From an uncultured Ignavibacteriales bacterium (lineage in GTDB: Bacteria; Zixibacteria; MSB-5A5; GN15; FEB-12): a stretch of DNA of 64,000 nucleotides. Numbering within the stretch: the stretch's first letter is position 1; each line of letters opens with the position of its first letter. The stretch is from the NCBI GenBank assembly GCA_964397415.1, contig CAYNIJ010000005.1:110580-174579 (forward strand), read 5' to 3'. The notes under the pieces were generated by a model, which did no database searches, had not been told where the DNA came from, and saw only the letters and a program-made list of their open reading frames with translations. Positions 47,045-55,782 of this stretch are shown piece after piece. Made by a program: the position numbers and the translations under genes.

Positions 47045-48469
47045 CTACCCCTTCGGGTCGATATTCTGATTCATGCAGAATAGATTGTTTGGATCATATT
47101 TCCGCTTCACTTCCACCAGGCGATCCCACCCCTCGCCGTACGCCTCACGGATACGATCCTTTTCATCGGACGTGAGGAAATTGACATACACGCCACCCAG
47201 AGCAAACGGCGCGGTGTCGCGATAAACGTCGCGAGTCCATGCAATCCCCTTTTCGTCCTGTTGCGGTGTCGTCCAGCGGCCATGCACATTCATCGCCCAT
47301 CCGCAATCTCGGTGCGGATAAGCGGCTGAGGATTTCGGCTTCTTATTGGACACCCCCTGGATGAACCCAAGAAAGAGATCGCTCTCATCCGATGGCAACG
47401 CCATGGCAGCGCTGATGATCGTTTGAATGAACTTGTCGCTCAACTCCCCGAAGTTGTGGGACTTCCAGTAATTCCGGGCACCGGGGCCAAGCAGACCGTC
47501 AAACATCTTCTGCCAATTCTCATACGGCATTTCATCAATGAACTCGCCGATCGCCTTCCCAAAATGTCGCACTGGTTCGAGCTGCTTCATCCCCGCCTCT
47601 TTCCTGCCATTGTAAAAGACAGGAAACACCAAGACGTCCGTCCCATGATATTCCACCGGTAGAAACGGAAGCGGCGGAGCTTTGCGCAGAACTACCCAGA
47701 CGTTTGATTCGAGTGGGAGGGTTTTGACATACTCGTTGTACTGCTTGAGAGCCCCGGCCGCCTCGGAATTCGGATACACGACCAATCCGGCCGTGATCAT
47801 CGGACCAACCGGATGCAGGGTGAACTCAAAACGCGTGACCACACCAAAGTTGCCGCCTCCACCACAGAGCGCCCAAAAGAGGTCGGCATGTTGAGAGGTA
47901 TTGCAGGTAACCATCTTTCCATCGGCCGTGACCACATCCATGGCGCGAAGATTATCGATGGACAGACCATGTTGCCGGGTCAGCCAACCAAATCCCCCGC
48001 CCAGCGTCAGACCGGCAACGCCGGTGGTCGAATTGATGCCAAGCGGGACCGCAAGTCCGTGCGCCTGGGTCGCGTGGTCGACATCGGCCAAGAGTGCGCC
48101 CGCCTCGACATGAGCGATCTTCGCTGCGCTATCGACCCTCACGTTACGCATAAGCGCGAAGTCAATTAATATGCCGTCATCGCAGACGGCATTGCCGGCG
48201 ATATTATGACCGCCGCCTTTGATGGCGACAATGAGGTTCTGTTCGCGGGCAAAGTTGACAGCCTTTTGCACGTCCCCCGCCTCCATCGGCTGAACGATGA
48301 TGGCGGGTCTCCGGTCGATCATCGCGTTCCAGATCGTCCTCGCCTCATCGTACCCCTGATCCCCTTCACGAAGCAGTTTTCCTTTGAGCGATTTCTTCAG
48401 TGCGTCGATCTCGCCGGCACTGACGTTCTTCCCCGATTGTTTTCCAGTAGTAGTTCCTACAGTTGCCAT
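47045..48469 (-). CDS. FAD-linked oxidase (FAD_binding_4 plus BBE-like C-terminus)
   Basis: Start set at MATVGTT after GGAGG. Also IKGGGHN and a C-terminal DPNNLFCMNQNI. Confidence 0.8.
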   Translation of the reverse strand: MATVGTTTGKQSGKNVSAGEIDALKKSLKGKLLREGDQGYDEARTIWNAMIDRRPAIIVQPMEAGDVQKAVNFAREQNLIVAIKGGGHNIAGNAVCDDGILIDFALMRNVRVDSAAKIAHVEAGALLADVDHATQAHGLAVPLGINSTTGVAGLTLGGGFGWLTRQHGLSIDNLRAMDVVTADGKMVTCNTSQHADLFWALCGGGGNFGVVTRFEFTLHPVGPMITAGLVVYPNSEAAGALKQYNEYVKTLPLESNVWVVLRKAPPLPFLPVEYHGTDVLVFPVFYNGRKEAGMKQLEPVRHFGKAIGEFIDEMPYENWQKMFDGLLGPGARNYWKSHNFGELSDKFIQTIISAAMALPSDESDLFLGFIQGVSNKKPKSSAAYPHRDCGWAMNVHGRWTTPQQDEKGIAWTRDVYRDTAPFALGGVYVNFLTSDEKDRIREAYGEGWDRLVEVKRKYDPNNLFCMNQNIDPKG

Positions 48470-48795
48470 AACTGGCCTCCAGAGTGAGATTGGTTGAGCC
48501 TTCCGGGAATGGTGCAGGGACCGATCGTTTGGTCTCTTGCCACCCATGCCGAGTCGGGCACTCATACAATGAAATTGCAGATTTGATATTCACTCAGCGG
48601 CCGGATGAGTTTTGGCAGGCAGAGCAACGAAGGTCGCGGAGTATAGCCCGGACAGCACGAATCTTGTGGCGAAAGTTGAGTTTTTGAAGACGTCCAGGTG
48701 GCAAAATTCGCGCACCCGAAGCATAAGGGTAACGCTCAGGAAACGCAAGCTAAATTGGACTAATTAACTCTATTTAACAATCGACTGGATTGAGC

Positions 48796-48815
48796 GGCAG
48801 ACCTCCCGGTCTGCC
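48796..48815. repeat. GGCAGACC-TCCC-GGTCTGCC hairpin module (homologous to 52325-52344)
   Basis: 8-bp perfect stem. It shares the GCGGCAG...TCCC...GTCTGCCC frame with the second copy. Confidence 0.55.
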
Positions 48816-48847
48816 CTTATATACTCTGAAGAGGGTAGACGCTTAAC

Positions 48848-48916
48848 GTCATTGCGAGGAGCATGCGAACGGAGTGAGCGGCGCCTGCCCCCTCGAAGGC
48901 GGGGGACGAAGCAACC
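48848..48916. repeat. GTCATTGCGAG...CGAAGCAACC element, copy A
   Basis: Its 11-nt 5' end and 10-nt 3' end are identical to the copy at 58240-58310. The interior is self-complementary. Confidence 0.6.
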
Positions 48917-48933
48917 TCATGGCGCTTCGCTCC

Positions 48934-49599
48934 TCACCCCTTCTTTCCAAATCCCACTGTCACTCCAAAGCAAAATCCCCAATCCGTGTTCATCGTACTC
49001 GCTCCACTAGCGGTGTTAAATGAGAGGTACCTTCTGATTCCAAGTTCTGCTGCTAAGCGGGGCCGAACCCGCATCTGCAACCCTGTCTCCCACTCTACTA
49101 GCAGATCAGGATCGTGCAACTTTGGTCTCCAAATATATCCAGGTCGGCCAGTCGAATCTGCTAAGAGTACCCTTCCATCTGATTCGTAATGCAATTTGCC
49201 TGCCGTAAGATCCGAATAGAACCGCAACTTCTTCCAGCCGAAGAGACTTCTAGTGGTGTATCTAAAGCCAGCGGAATATCGGTATGATGAAAACTCAAGA
49301 TCCGAAGCGTACGCTGTGTATGAGCCATCGTCATATAGCTGCGGAAGTTCATCCAACTTCAGCCCCGACCTACCGTAGTTTCCAATGATCGCAAAACTCC
49401 CACTGATGGGAAACATCAGCTGCAAGTTGTAACCTAACCCTGAATGGAGGGTTGACTCATCGGCACCCCGCACAATGTCCCATGCCCCCGCCACCCGCAC
49501 CGCAAACTTCCATCTAACTTCCGTCGAATCTCCCCCCTGCGACTTCCCAGTAAACCCCACGAGTATCAACAGCCCCAATACCAGTATTCGTCTTGTCAC
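48934..49599 (-). CDS. Outer-membrane beta-barrel protein (OmpA-like 8-strand type)
   Basis: GTG start after GGGAGGAG gives the signal peptide VTRRILVLGLLILVGFTG. Alternating amphipathic strands follow. Confidence 0.5.
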   Translation of the reverse strand: MTRRILVLGLLILVGFTGKSQGGDSTEVRWKFAVRVAGAWDIVRGADESTLHSGLGYNLQLMFPISGSFAIIGNYGRSGLKLDELPQLYDDGSYTAYASDLEFSSYRYSAGFRYTTRSLFGWKKLRFYSDLTAGKLHYESDGRVLLADSTGRPGYIWRPKLHDPDLLVEWETGLQMRVRPRLAAELGIRRYLSFNTASGASTMNTDWGFCFGVTVGFGKKG

Positions 49600-49927
49600 G
49601 GAGTCTCCTCCCTCTCTTGGTTGATGGATTACTATATCCAATTCCCTCCCCAAAATCAACCCGCCCATCACGGTCGCCCCATTTCCGGATTCATCCCTCA
49701 ACCAGTCAACAACTTCCCTCTGAGGTGCCGAATTTCATTCGCCGAATTATCTTCCCTCACAACCTGATGACGACGCACCATAGTCAGTGTACAAACAGTT
49801 AATCCAACAATTGTTCGGAATTTGACGTCTTTTCCTATAGAAACAGCTTGCGCTTTTGACGATAATTGATATGTTGCGGTCACCCACAATCGGCGACTAG
49901 GCCAAGATGAACATAGAGGAAACGACT

Positions 49928-51211
49928 ATGAATCCAACCGACACTCTGCATCGCTCAGCCACGACGTACTCAAACGTCTCCGATGACCAGATCTTCGACT
50001 GGGAAACCACATACGGCGCCAATCACTATGGCCGCCTCCATATGGTGGTGCGCAAAGCCGAAGGCGCCTGGCTCACTTCTTTGGATGACAAAAAGTATCT
50101 CGACTGCCTCTCCGCCTATTCCGCCGCCAACCCCGGTCACCATCATCCGAAGATCGTGCAGGCGTTGGTTGACGCCCTGCACGGCAATTACGCGTCGGTC
50201 ATTTCAAATGTCGTCTACACCGACCCGCTTGGATTTTTCCTGAAAAAGTGCGCGACTCTTGTCCCGCAGCTTGGCCCACGTTTCGGCGCCAAAGGGAACA
50301 AAGTCCTCGCCAAAAACGGCGGCGTTGAATCTGTCGAGACCGCCATCAAGCTCGGCCGCGCCTACGGCTACAAAGCCAAAGGAATCCCGGATGGCAAGCA
50401 GGAGATCATCGTTTTCGGCAACAACTTCCATGGCCGCATGATTACCATCGTTTCGTTCTCCACCTCTCAGAAATACAAAGAAGGCTTCGGCCCGTTGACC
50501 CCCGGTTTTGTGACGGTCGATTTCGGCGACCTCGAAGGCGTCAAAAAGGCCGTCAATAAAAACACCTGCGCGATTCTCGTCGAGCCGATGCAGGGCGAGG
50601 GCGGCATGTATCAGCCGCCGGCGGGATTCCTGAAGGGTCTCCGCGAGATCGCCGATGCCAACGATCTGCTGTTGCTCTTCGATGAGATCCAGGTCGGCCT
50701 CGGACGTACCGGCAAAAACTTCTGCTTCGAGCATGAAAACGTCATCCCCGATGCCGTCATTCTCGGCAAAGCGATTTCCGGCGGTCTGGTCCCGCTCTCT
50801 GTGATGGTCACCAATTCTCACCTGATGGATCTCGTCTTCCAGCCGGGTCGCGATGGCTCCACCTACGGTGGCTACCCGCTCGCCTGTGTTGCCGGCGTCG
50901 CCGCGCTCGATGTTCTGGTCGATGAAAAACTCTCCGACAAGGCCGCCGCTACCGGCAAGATTCTCAAGGAGAAGATCCTTGATGTCGCCAAGCGCTCCAA
51001 GCATGTCAAAGAAGTCCGCGGACGCGGTCTTTTTATCGGTATCGAAGTGAACGATGGCGACGCTATGAACTACTGCCGTCAACTGCTCGAACTCAACGTA
51101 CTTGCGAACGACAGCCACGGCCACACCATCCGAATCTCCCCGCCGCTTATCATCACTGAGAAAGAGGTCGACTACCTGGTCGAACGCCTCGAAAAAGTGT
51201 TGGTCGGTTAA
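49928..51211 (+). CDS. rocD: Ornithine--oxo-acid aminotransferase
   Basis: Collinear with B. subtilis RocD as I remember it (YGANHY, SAYSAANPGHHHPKI, DEIQVGLGRTGK). Start at 49928 follows GAGGAA. Confidence 0.8.
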   Translation: MNPTDTLHRSATTYSNVSDDQIFDWETTYGANHYGRLHMVVRKAEGAWLTSLDDKKYLDCLSAYSAANPGHHHPKIVQALVDALHGNYASVISNVVYTDPLGFFLKKCATLVPQLGPRFGAKGNKVLAKNGGVESVETAIKLGRAYGYKAKGIPDGKQEIIVFGNNFHGRMITIVSFSTSQKYKEGFGPLTPGFVTVDFGDLEGVKKAVNKNTCAILVEPMQGEGGMYQPPAGFLKGLREIADANDLLLLFDEIQVGLGRTGKNFCFEHENVIPDAVILGKAISGGLVPLSVMVTNSHLMDLVFQPGRDGSTYGGYPLACVAGVAALDVLVDEKLSDKAAATGKILKEKILDVAKRSKHVKEVRGRGLFIGIEVNDGDAMNYCRQLLELNVLANDSHGHTIRISPPLIITEKEVDYLVERLEKVLVG

Positions 51212-51232
51212 GTCGATACACGCTGTTCATAG

Positions 51233-51264
51233 AAAAGGCGGCTCACCTGAGCCGCCTTTGTTTT
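51233..51264. terminator. Rho-independent terminator (bidirectional context)
   Basis: Stem GGCGGCTC / GAGCCGCC with loop ACCT, followed by TTTGTTTT. Confidence 0.75.
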
Positions 51265-51287
51265 GTCCGCTATCCACAAAAATCGGC

Positions 51288-52241
51288 TTACTTGCGTATC
51301 GACCCGAAGTATATCGCTGCCAGCGTTACCACCGCCCCAATCAATTGCAGCGGCCCGAGCATCTCACCGAAGAATAGAAATCCCCAGACTGTCGCCATGG
51401 TCGGTTGTAACAGAAGTGCCAGCCCCGCACGGTGCGCGTCGATATGCGGCAACGATGATGATATCACCCTCCACCCTATCGCCTGCGGAATCAATCCCAA
51501 TCCCAATAAAAAGAGCCAGCTTCTCCCGTCGGGCGGCAACATCTCCTCCCCTTCAATAAGTCCCGAAGCTCCGAGAAATATCGCGCAGAAGAGCGCAGTC
51601 CAGGCCATCAAGGCAAGCGTCCCGACCTGCACATGCTCATGGCTCGCTTTTTTCACCAGCGAGATATACGACGCGTAGCAGATCCCCGTCAGCAGCCCGA
51701 AGAATACCCCCATCAAATAGTGCTCGGTCAACTGAATATCTTCACTCCCCACACCGATCAAGAGCACGATCCCGACAAACCCCACTATCGCCGCGACAAA
51801 AAACTTGAGCGTCAGCTTTTCTCTAAACGCGAAATAGCCGAGTATCGCGCTTCCGAACACTTGTGTATTTCCGAGAATGGTCGCCATCCCCGCCCCGGTG
51901 ATGAAGATCGACCGATGCCAGGTCCAGAGATCGCAGAAGAACGCAAACCCCGCCGCGATCGACCAGAGATATATCCGCTTGGGTAACCCGAGACTTTTCC
52001 CTTCAAGAGCCGTCCACGCAAACATGATGACCGAACCAAGCAACATCCGCCAAAATCCGATCGCGCTCGGCCCCATCCGATCACTCCCGATCCCCTTCAC
52101 GAATATTGCCGCAAAGGAGATACAGAGCGCCCCGAACAACAGTAACACAAACGCCCGCGACGCACTGATATGATGCGGGCTATTTGACTGACTGCTTACT
52201 GGGATATTTGACGGAGTATTGTGTGGAAAGTCTGTCGCCAT
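51288..52241 (-). CDS. EamA/DMT family transporter
   Basis: Ten predicted TM helices arranged as two EamA-like halves. Confidence 0.8.
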   Translation of the reverse strand: MATDFPHNTPSNIPVSSQSNSPHHISASRAFVLLLFGALCISFAAIFVKGIGSDRMGPSAIGFWRMLLGSVIMFAWTALEGKSLGLPKRIYLWSIAAGFAFFCDLWTWHRSIFITGAGMATILGNTQVFGSAILGYFAFREKLTLKFFVAAIVGFVGIVLLIGVGSEDIQLTEHYLMGVFFGLLTGICYASYISLVKKASHEHVQVGTLALMAWTALFCAIFLGASGLIEGEEMLPPDGRSWLFLLGLGLIPQAIGWRVISSSLPHIDAHRAGLALLLQPTMATVWGFLFFGEMLGPLQLIGAVVTLAAIYFGSIRK

Positions 52242-52324
52242 GACCGCAAGAATAACTCCCCCGATTTACTCCGCCAAGTACTTTGATGTCACAGATGCAA
52301 TTCGCATTGCGCCGGGATCTGCGC

Positions 52325-52383
52325 GGCAGGCGTCCCCGTCTGCCCACCCTATTGATTCACCGTACCCCACCATTTATGGTGGG
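52325..52383. repeat. Composite repeat: GGCAGGCG-TCCC-CGTCTGCC hairpin, ATTGATTCAC, and GTAC-CCCACCATTTATGGTGGG (copy 2)
   Basis: Hairpin at 52325-52344 and palindrome at 52366-52383. The linker is nearly identical to the one at 22797-22813. Confidence 0.7.
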
Positions 52384-52453
52384 ATTTTCAAAGAAATTGT
52401 AGGTCAGGAACCTTGCTCGAAGGGCGGCGTAGCCGGTTCCTGACATCTTCTCT

Positions 52454-52522
52454 GTCATCGCGAGCCTTGCCCTGCACTTCCCTCTCATCTCAACCCGACT
52501 CTTCGACGGCAAGGCGTCGCGA
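52454..52522. repeat. GTCATCGCGAG... element, diverged copy B
   Basis: Long inverted repeat TCGCGAGCCTTGCC / GGCAAGGCGTCGCGA flanking about 36 nt. Confidence 0.5.
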
Positions 52523-52707
52523 TCCCCTCTTTTCTTCTCTTGCCTCACCCCTCCCATTTTGGTTTCTTACGACTCGGGAGTAACCATGACCAACATCCGG
52601 ATGAATTCTGTCGAATCCCCAGCCTCGCCAACCCTACGGGCATCGGATTTGACGTCACAAACTCGAATTCGCTAATAGTTCGGACAAGGAGCGGGAAGAG
52701 GCAGATT

Positions 52708-53796
52708 ATGACGGTATGGCAAATTGCAGCAGGGGAGTCTGGTCGATATTATGATGATCTGTTCCTCAAGTGGAACATAATGTTCATGGGGCCAGGCCAG
52801 TTCGGTGCGTACGATCCATCAACGTATGGGAAGTGCGTCGCAAGCAAAATCCTCACCAAGCATAAGAACGATCAGTTGTGCAAGTTTGCGAACGAAGTCG
52901 AGCCGGGCCAGCTAGTCCTGCTAAGGAAGGGATACACGGTGACGTGCGTGGGGATTGTTGCAGACCAGCCATACGTTTGGGATAGACGCTTTGACGATGT
53001 CTACGGGTGGGACTTGCAGCACACGCGACGCGTTATCTGGCAAACGAACACGACACCGCGACTCTTGGAAATACAAGAATATAGTCCTGATGACGAGAGG
53101 TATCGGAAGCCGCTGTTCGGCGGCCGAAAACAAATTCCAACATTTACTAGGGTCGATGATGTGCGCGTCATAGAGCCGATTAGACACTTGCTAAATAGCC
53201 AGGACGTCGCTACACCAGAGCCAATCGATCTTAATGTTCCCGAGCCTTTGACCCTGGACCAATTGGGTGAACTGCTTTTTGCGAAAGGACTCTCAAACGA
53301 TTCGGTTGAGGAGGTGCTTGACGCGATTCGACGGCAACGACGACTTGGTAAGTGGTACCAAACGCAGCGTGATAGCGGAAGACCGGCTGAGCACGAGGTC
53401 GTCGCCCACATGATCCTGCCATTGTTGCTGGGACTAGGGTGGTCCGAACAACTACTAGCGGTCGAGTGGCAACGTATCGATTTGGCCGGTTTCCGATCGA
53501 CGCCAACTGGGAAAGACTCGTGCGTCTTGCTGTGTGAAGCAAAACAAATGTGGTACCCCTTACAACCTGCTCTTGACCAAGCTCGAGGTTATGTTGACAG
53601 CCTCGGATTGACCCATTGCAAGAGAATCATGCTTACCGATGGGGTCAGGATCTACGTGTACCGAAAGAACAACGATCTGTGGTCCGACCAGCCATCGGGC
53701 TATGTAAATATGAATCTGATTCGTCTTGACCACCTTGCCCCACAAGGCGTAAGTGCTGTAGATACACTGATGGAACTGACGCCTGGCGCACAATGA
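52708..53796 (+). CDS. Standalone PD-(D/E)xK nuclease (HsdR-N / Mrr-like C-terminal domain) with an uncharacterised ~190-aa N-terminal domain
   Basis: Start at MTVWQIAAGE after GAAGAGG. The C-terminus has EHEVVAHMILPLLLGLGW...IDLAGF...VLLCEAKQ...QARGYV (E...D...ExK...QxxxY). The codon usage is more AT-rich than in the neighbours. Confidence 0.6.
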   Translation: MTVWQIAAGESGRYYDDLFLKWNIMFMGPGQFGAYDPSTYGKCVASKILTKHKNDQLCKFANEVEPGQLVLLRKGYTVTCVGIVADQPYVWDRRFDDVYGWDLQHTRRVIWQTNTTPRLLEIQEYSPDDERYRKPLFGGRKQIPTFTRVDDVRVIEPIRHLLNSQDVATPEPIDLNVPEPLTLDQLGELLFAKGLSNDSVEEVLDAIRRQRRLGKWYQTQRDSGRPAEHEVVAHMILPLLLGLGWSEQLLAVEWQRIDLAGFRSTPTGKDSCVLLCEAKQMWYPLQPALDQARGYVDSLGLTHCKRIMLTDGVRIYVYRKNNDLWSDQPSGYVNMNLIRLDHLAPQGVSAVDTLMELTPGAQ

Positions 53797-53858
53797 GCTT
53801 GTAGTCGACAATCCGGCCGCTATAGCTGGCCTGCGACGCACCATCGCCTTGCGATCAT

Positions 53859-53895
53859 AAAAAAAAAACAGGGCCTTACGGCCCTGTTCTCTTCT
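53859..53895. terminator. Bidirectional terminator (strong for htrA)
   Basis: A10 run, then stem AACAGGGCC / GGCCCTGTT with loop TTAC, then CTCTTCTTC. Confidence 0.75.
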
Positions 53896-53909
53896 TCGGT
53901 CTCACCTCC

Positions 53910-55397
53910 TCAACCGATATCAAACGCCACAAACCGCTGCATCTCGCCGCGTGACACCAGGAGCAACACCGTACTCCCTTTCTTAAGCGACCGCAGCGCG
54001 CTGTCGAACTCCGCCACCGATGTCACCGGTTTGCGATTCACTTCGCGGATGACATCGCCGACGCGCAATCCACCCTGACGCGCCGCCATACTCGACTCAT
54101 CGACATTGGTCACCACGACGCCGTCGGCATTTTCCGGGATCTCGAACTGCCGGGCATACTCACGTGTGATAGTCCCGACATCAAAGCCTGGATCGATCGC
54201 CAGCTCACTCTCTTCTCCTTTCGACTGGCGACGGATCGTGCCATCCTCGTTCTGCTCCGGCAGTTCGCCCAGCTTGACTGTCAGCGCCTTTTCGCGGTTA
54301 TCCCGAATCAGACCAAGGGTCACGGTTGTGCCCGGGTCGGTCCGCGCGATCAGGTTGCGCAACTGCGCCGAATTGTTCACTTCTGTGCTGTTCACTTTCA
54401 CCACGACATCACCCGGCGCGATACCGGCATCCTCCGCCGGACTCTCCGGAGCCACCGAGCCGATCAGAACACCACTGTTATCATCGAGCCCCATCGCTCG
54501 CGCCATGACATCGTTGACATCCTGTATTCCGACCCCGAGCCATCCGCGCACCACGCGCCCGTTGTCGACCAGTTCGTTCTTGATATCCATCGCCATATTG
54601 ACCGGTACGGCGAATCCGATCCCCTGGAAACCACCTGAGCGTGACGCGATGGCGGTGTTAATCCCGACCAGCTCACCATCCAGATTCACCAGCGCTCCAC
54701 CGGAGTTACCCGGGTTGATCGCGGCGTCCGTCTGAATGAAATCTTCATAATCGGCCAGGCCGACATTCGAGCGCCCCTTCGCGCTGACAATACCCTGCGT
54801 CACCGTATGCGCGAGATTCGGATTCAAGGGCGAACCGATCGCCATCACCATTTCGCCGACTTCAAGCTGATCGCTGTTCCCCTGTTTCACGGGAGTCAGG
54901 TTGTCCGCTTCGACTTTTATCACCGCGATATCGGTTTTGTCGTCCGCGCCGATCACTTTGGCGGCATAGGTCTTGCCGTCACTGAAGCGGACCACGATCG
55001 AGTCAGCGCCTTCGATCACATGATTGTTGGTCAGGATATAGCCATCCTCCGACACCACCACTCCCGAGCCCAATCCCTGCTGCCGCAACTCCTGTTGCGG
55101 GGACTGTCCTCCGCGCGGCGTCCCGAAGAACTGCTCGAACTGGTCACCGAACGGTCCGAAATTGAAATTCCCGATCCCCCGCATCTTTACCACTTTCTCG
55201 GTCGAGACGGTCACGACCGAGGGAGTAACATCTTTGGCGATCTGGATGAACGCCTTGTTCAGATCACGGAGCGACTGCATCGCCGCGCTTCCATCCCCCT
55301 TCTGCGCCACCGCTGATCCTGCCGGTAGCATATACGCCAGTCCTATCACCAACAGAACCAACAGCGACATCACTGTCATCTGTCTAGTCTTGAGCAT
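53910..55397 (-). CDS. Do/DegP/HtrA family serine protease with two PDZ domains
   Basis: TNNHV and GNSGGALVN catalytic motifs, a signal peptide and two PDZ-like segments. Confidence 0.9.
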   Translation of the reverse strand: MLKTRQMTVMSLLVLLVIGLAYMLPAGSAVAQKGDGSAAMQSLRDLNKAFIQIAKDVTPSVVTVSTEKVVKMRGIGNFNFGPFGDQFEQFFGTPRGGQSPQQELRQQGLGSGVVVSEDGYILTNNHVIEGADSIVVRFSDGKTYAAKVIGADDKTDIAVIKVEADNLTPVKQGNSDQLEVGEMVMAIGSPLNPNLAHTVTQGIVSAKGRSNVGLADYEDFIQTDAAINPGNSGGALVNLDGELVGINTAIASRSGGFQGIGFAVPVNMAMDIKNELVDNGRVVRGWLGVGIQDVNDVMARAMGLDDNSGVLIGSVAPESPAEDAGIAPGDVVVKVNSTEVNNSAQLRNLIARTDPGTTVTLGLIRDNREKALTVKLGELPEQNEDGTIRRQSKGEESELAIDPGFDVGTITREYARQFEIPENADGVVVTNVDESSMAARQGGLRVGDVIREVNRKPVTSVAEFDSALRSLKKGSTVLLLVSRGEMQRFVAFDIG

Positions 55398-55442
55398 CGT
55401 ACAAATCCTCCATTCAAGTTTATCCTGGTCGGTTTGGAGAAT

Positions 55443-55470
55443 TATACGCGGCTGGTTTCGGGCCGGTTCG
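55443..55470 (-). promoter_or_regulatory. ECF-sigma-type promoter candidate for htrA
   Basis: Minus strand: CGAACC (55470-55465), 16-nt spacer, CGTATA (55448-55443). The TATAAT reading overlaps the -10. Confidence 0.4.
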
Positions 55471-55782
55471 CGCCGGAGCCGGCCCCGCTTTCCGGTTTAA
55501 CCAACCTTAACAATGGCCTCCTCCCCCCACTCCCCGGACCCCTAAAATCACGATTTTCCCCGTATTCAGTAAATTGGCGATACCATCTAACTCATTGTAT
55601 CCCAACGCCGATCAGTCAACAAATACCCGACCGCCCCGGTCGCTGTTTCATTTTGAAATATTCTTCAAGTTGGGCCCCGCCGTGGCCGAATCACTCTAAA
55701 GAGACTGGCAGAATTGGAAGGTAGCTTTTCGCCGGACTCGTCGTGGTTCTGACCACCAACCGCTACCTCCAGGAGATCACGT

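Noticed and set aside
52403-52444. An SRP (4.5S) RNA-like hairpin: GTCAGGAACC...GGTTCCTGAC with GAAGG in the loop.
   Set aside because: It lacks the conserved domain IV symmetric and asymmetric loops and the GNRA tetraloop arrangement. It is more simply another member of the local hairpin-repeat cluster.
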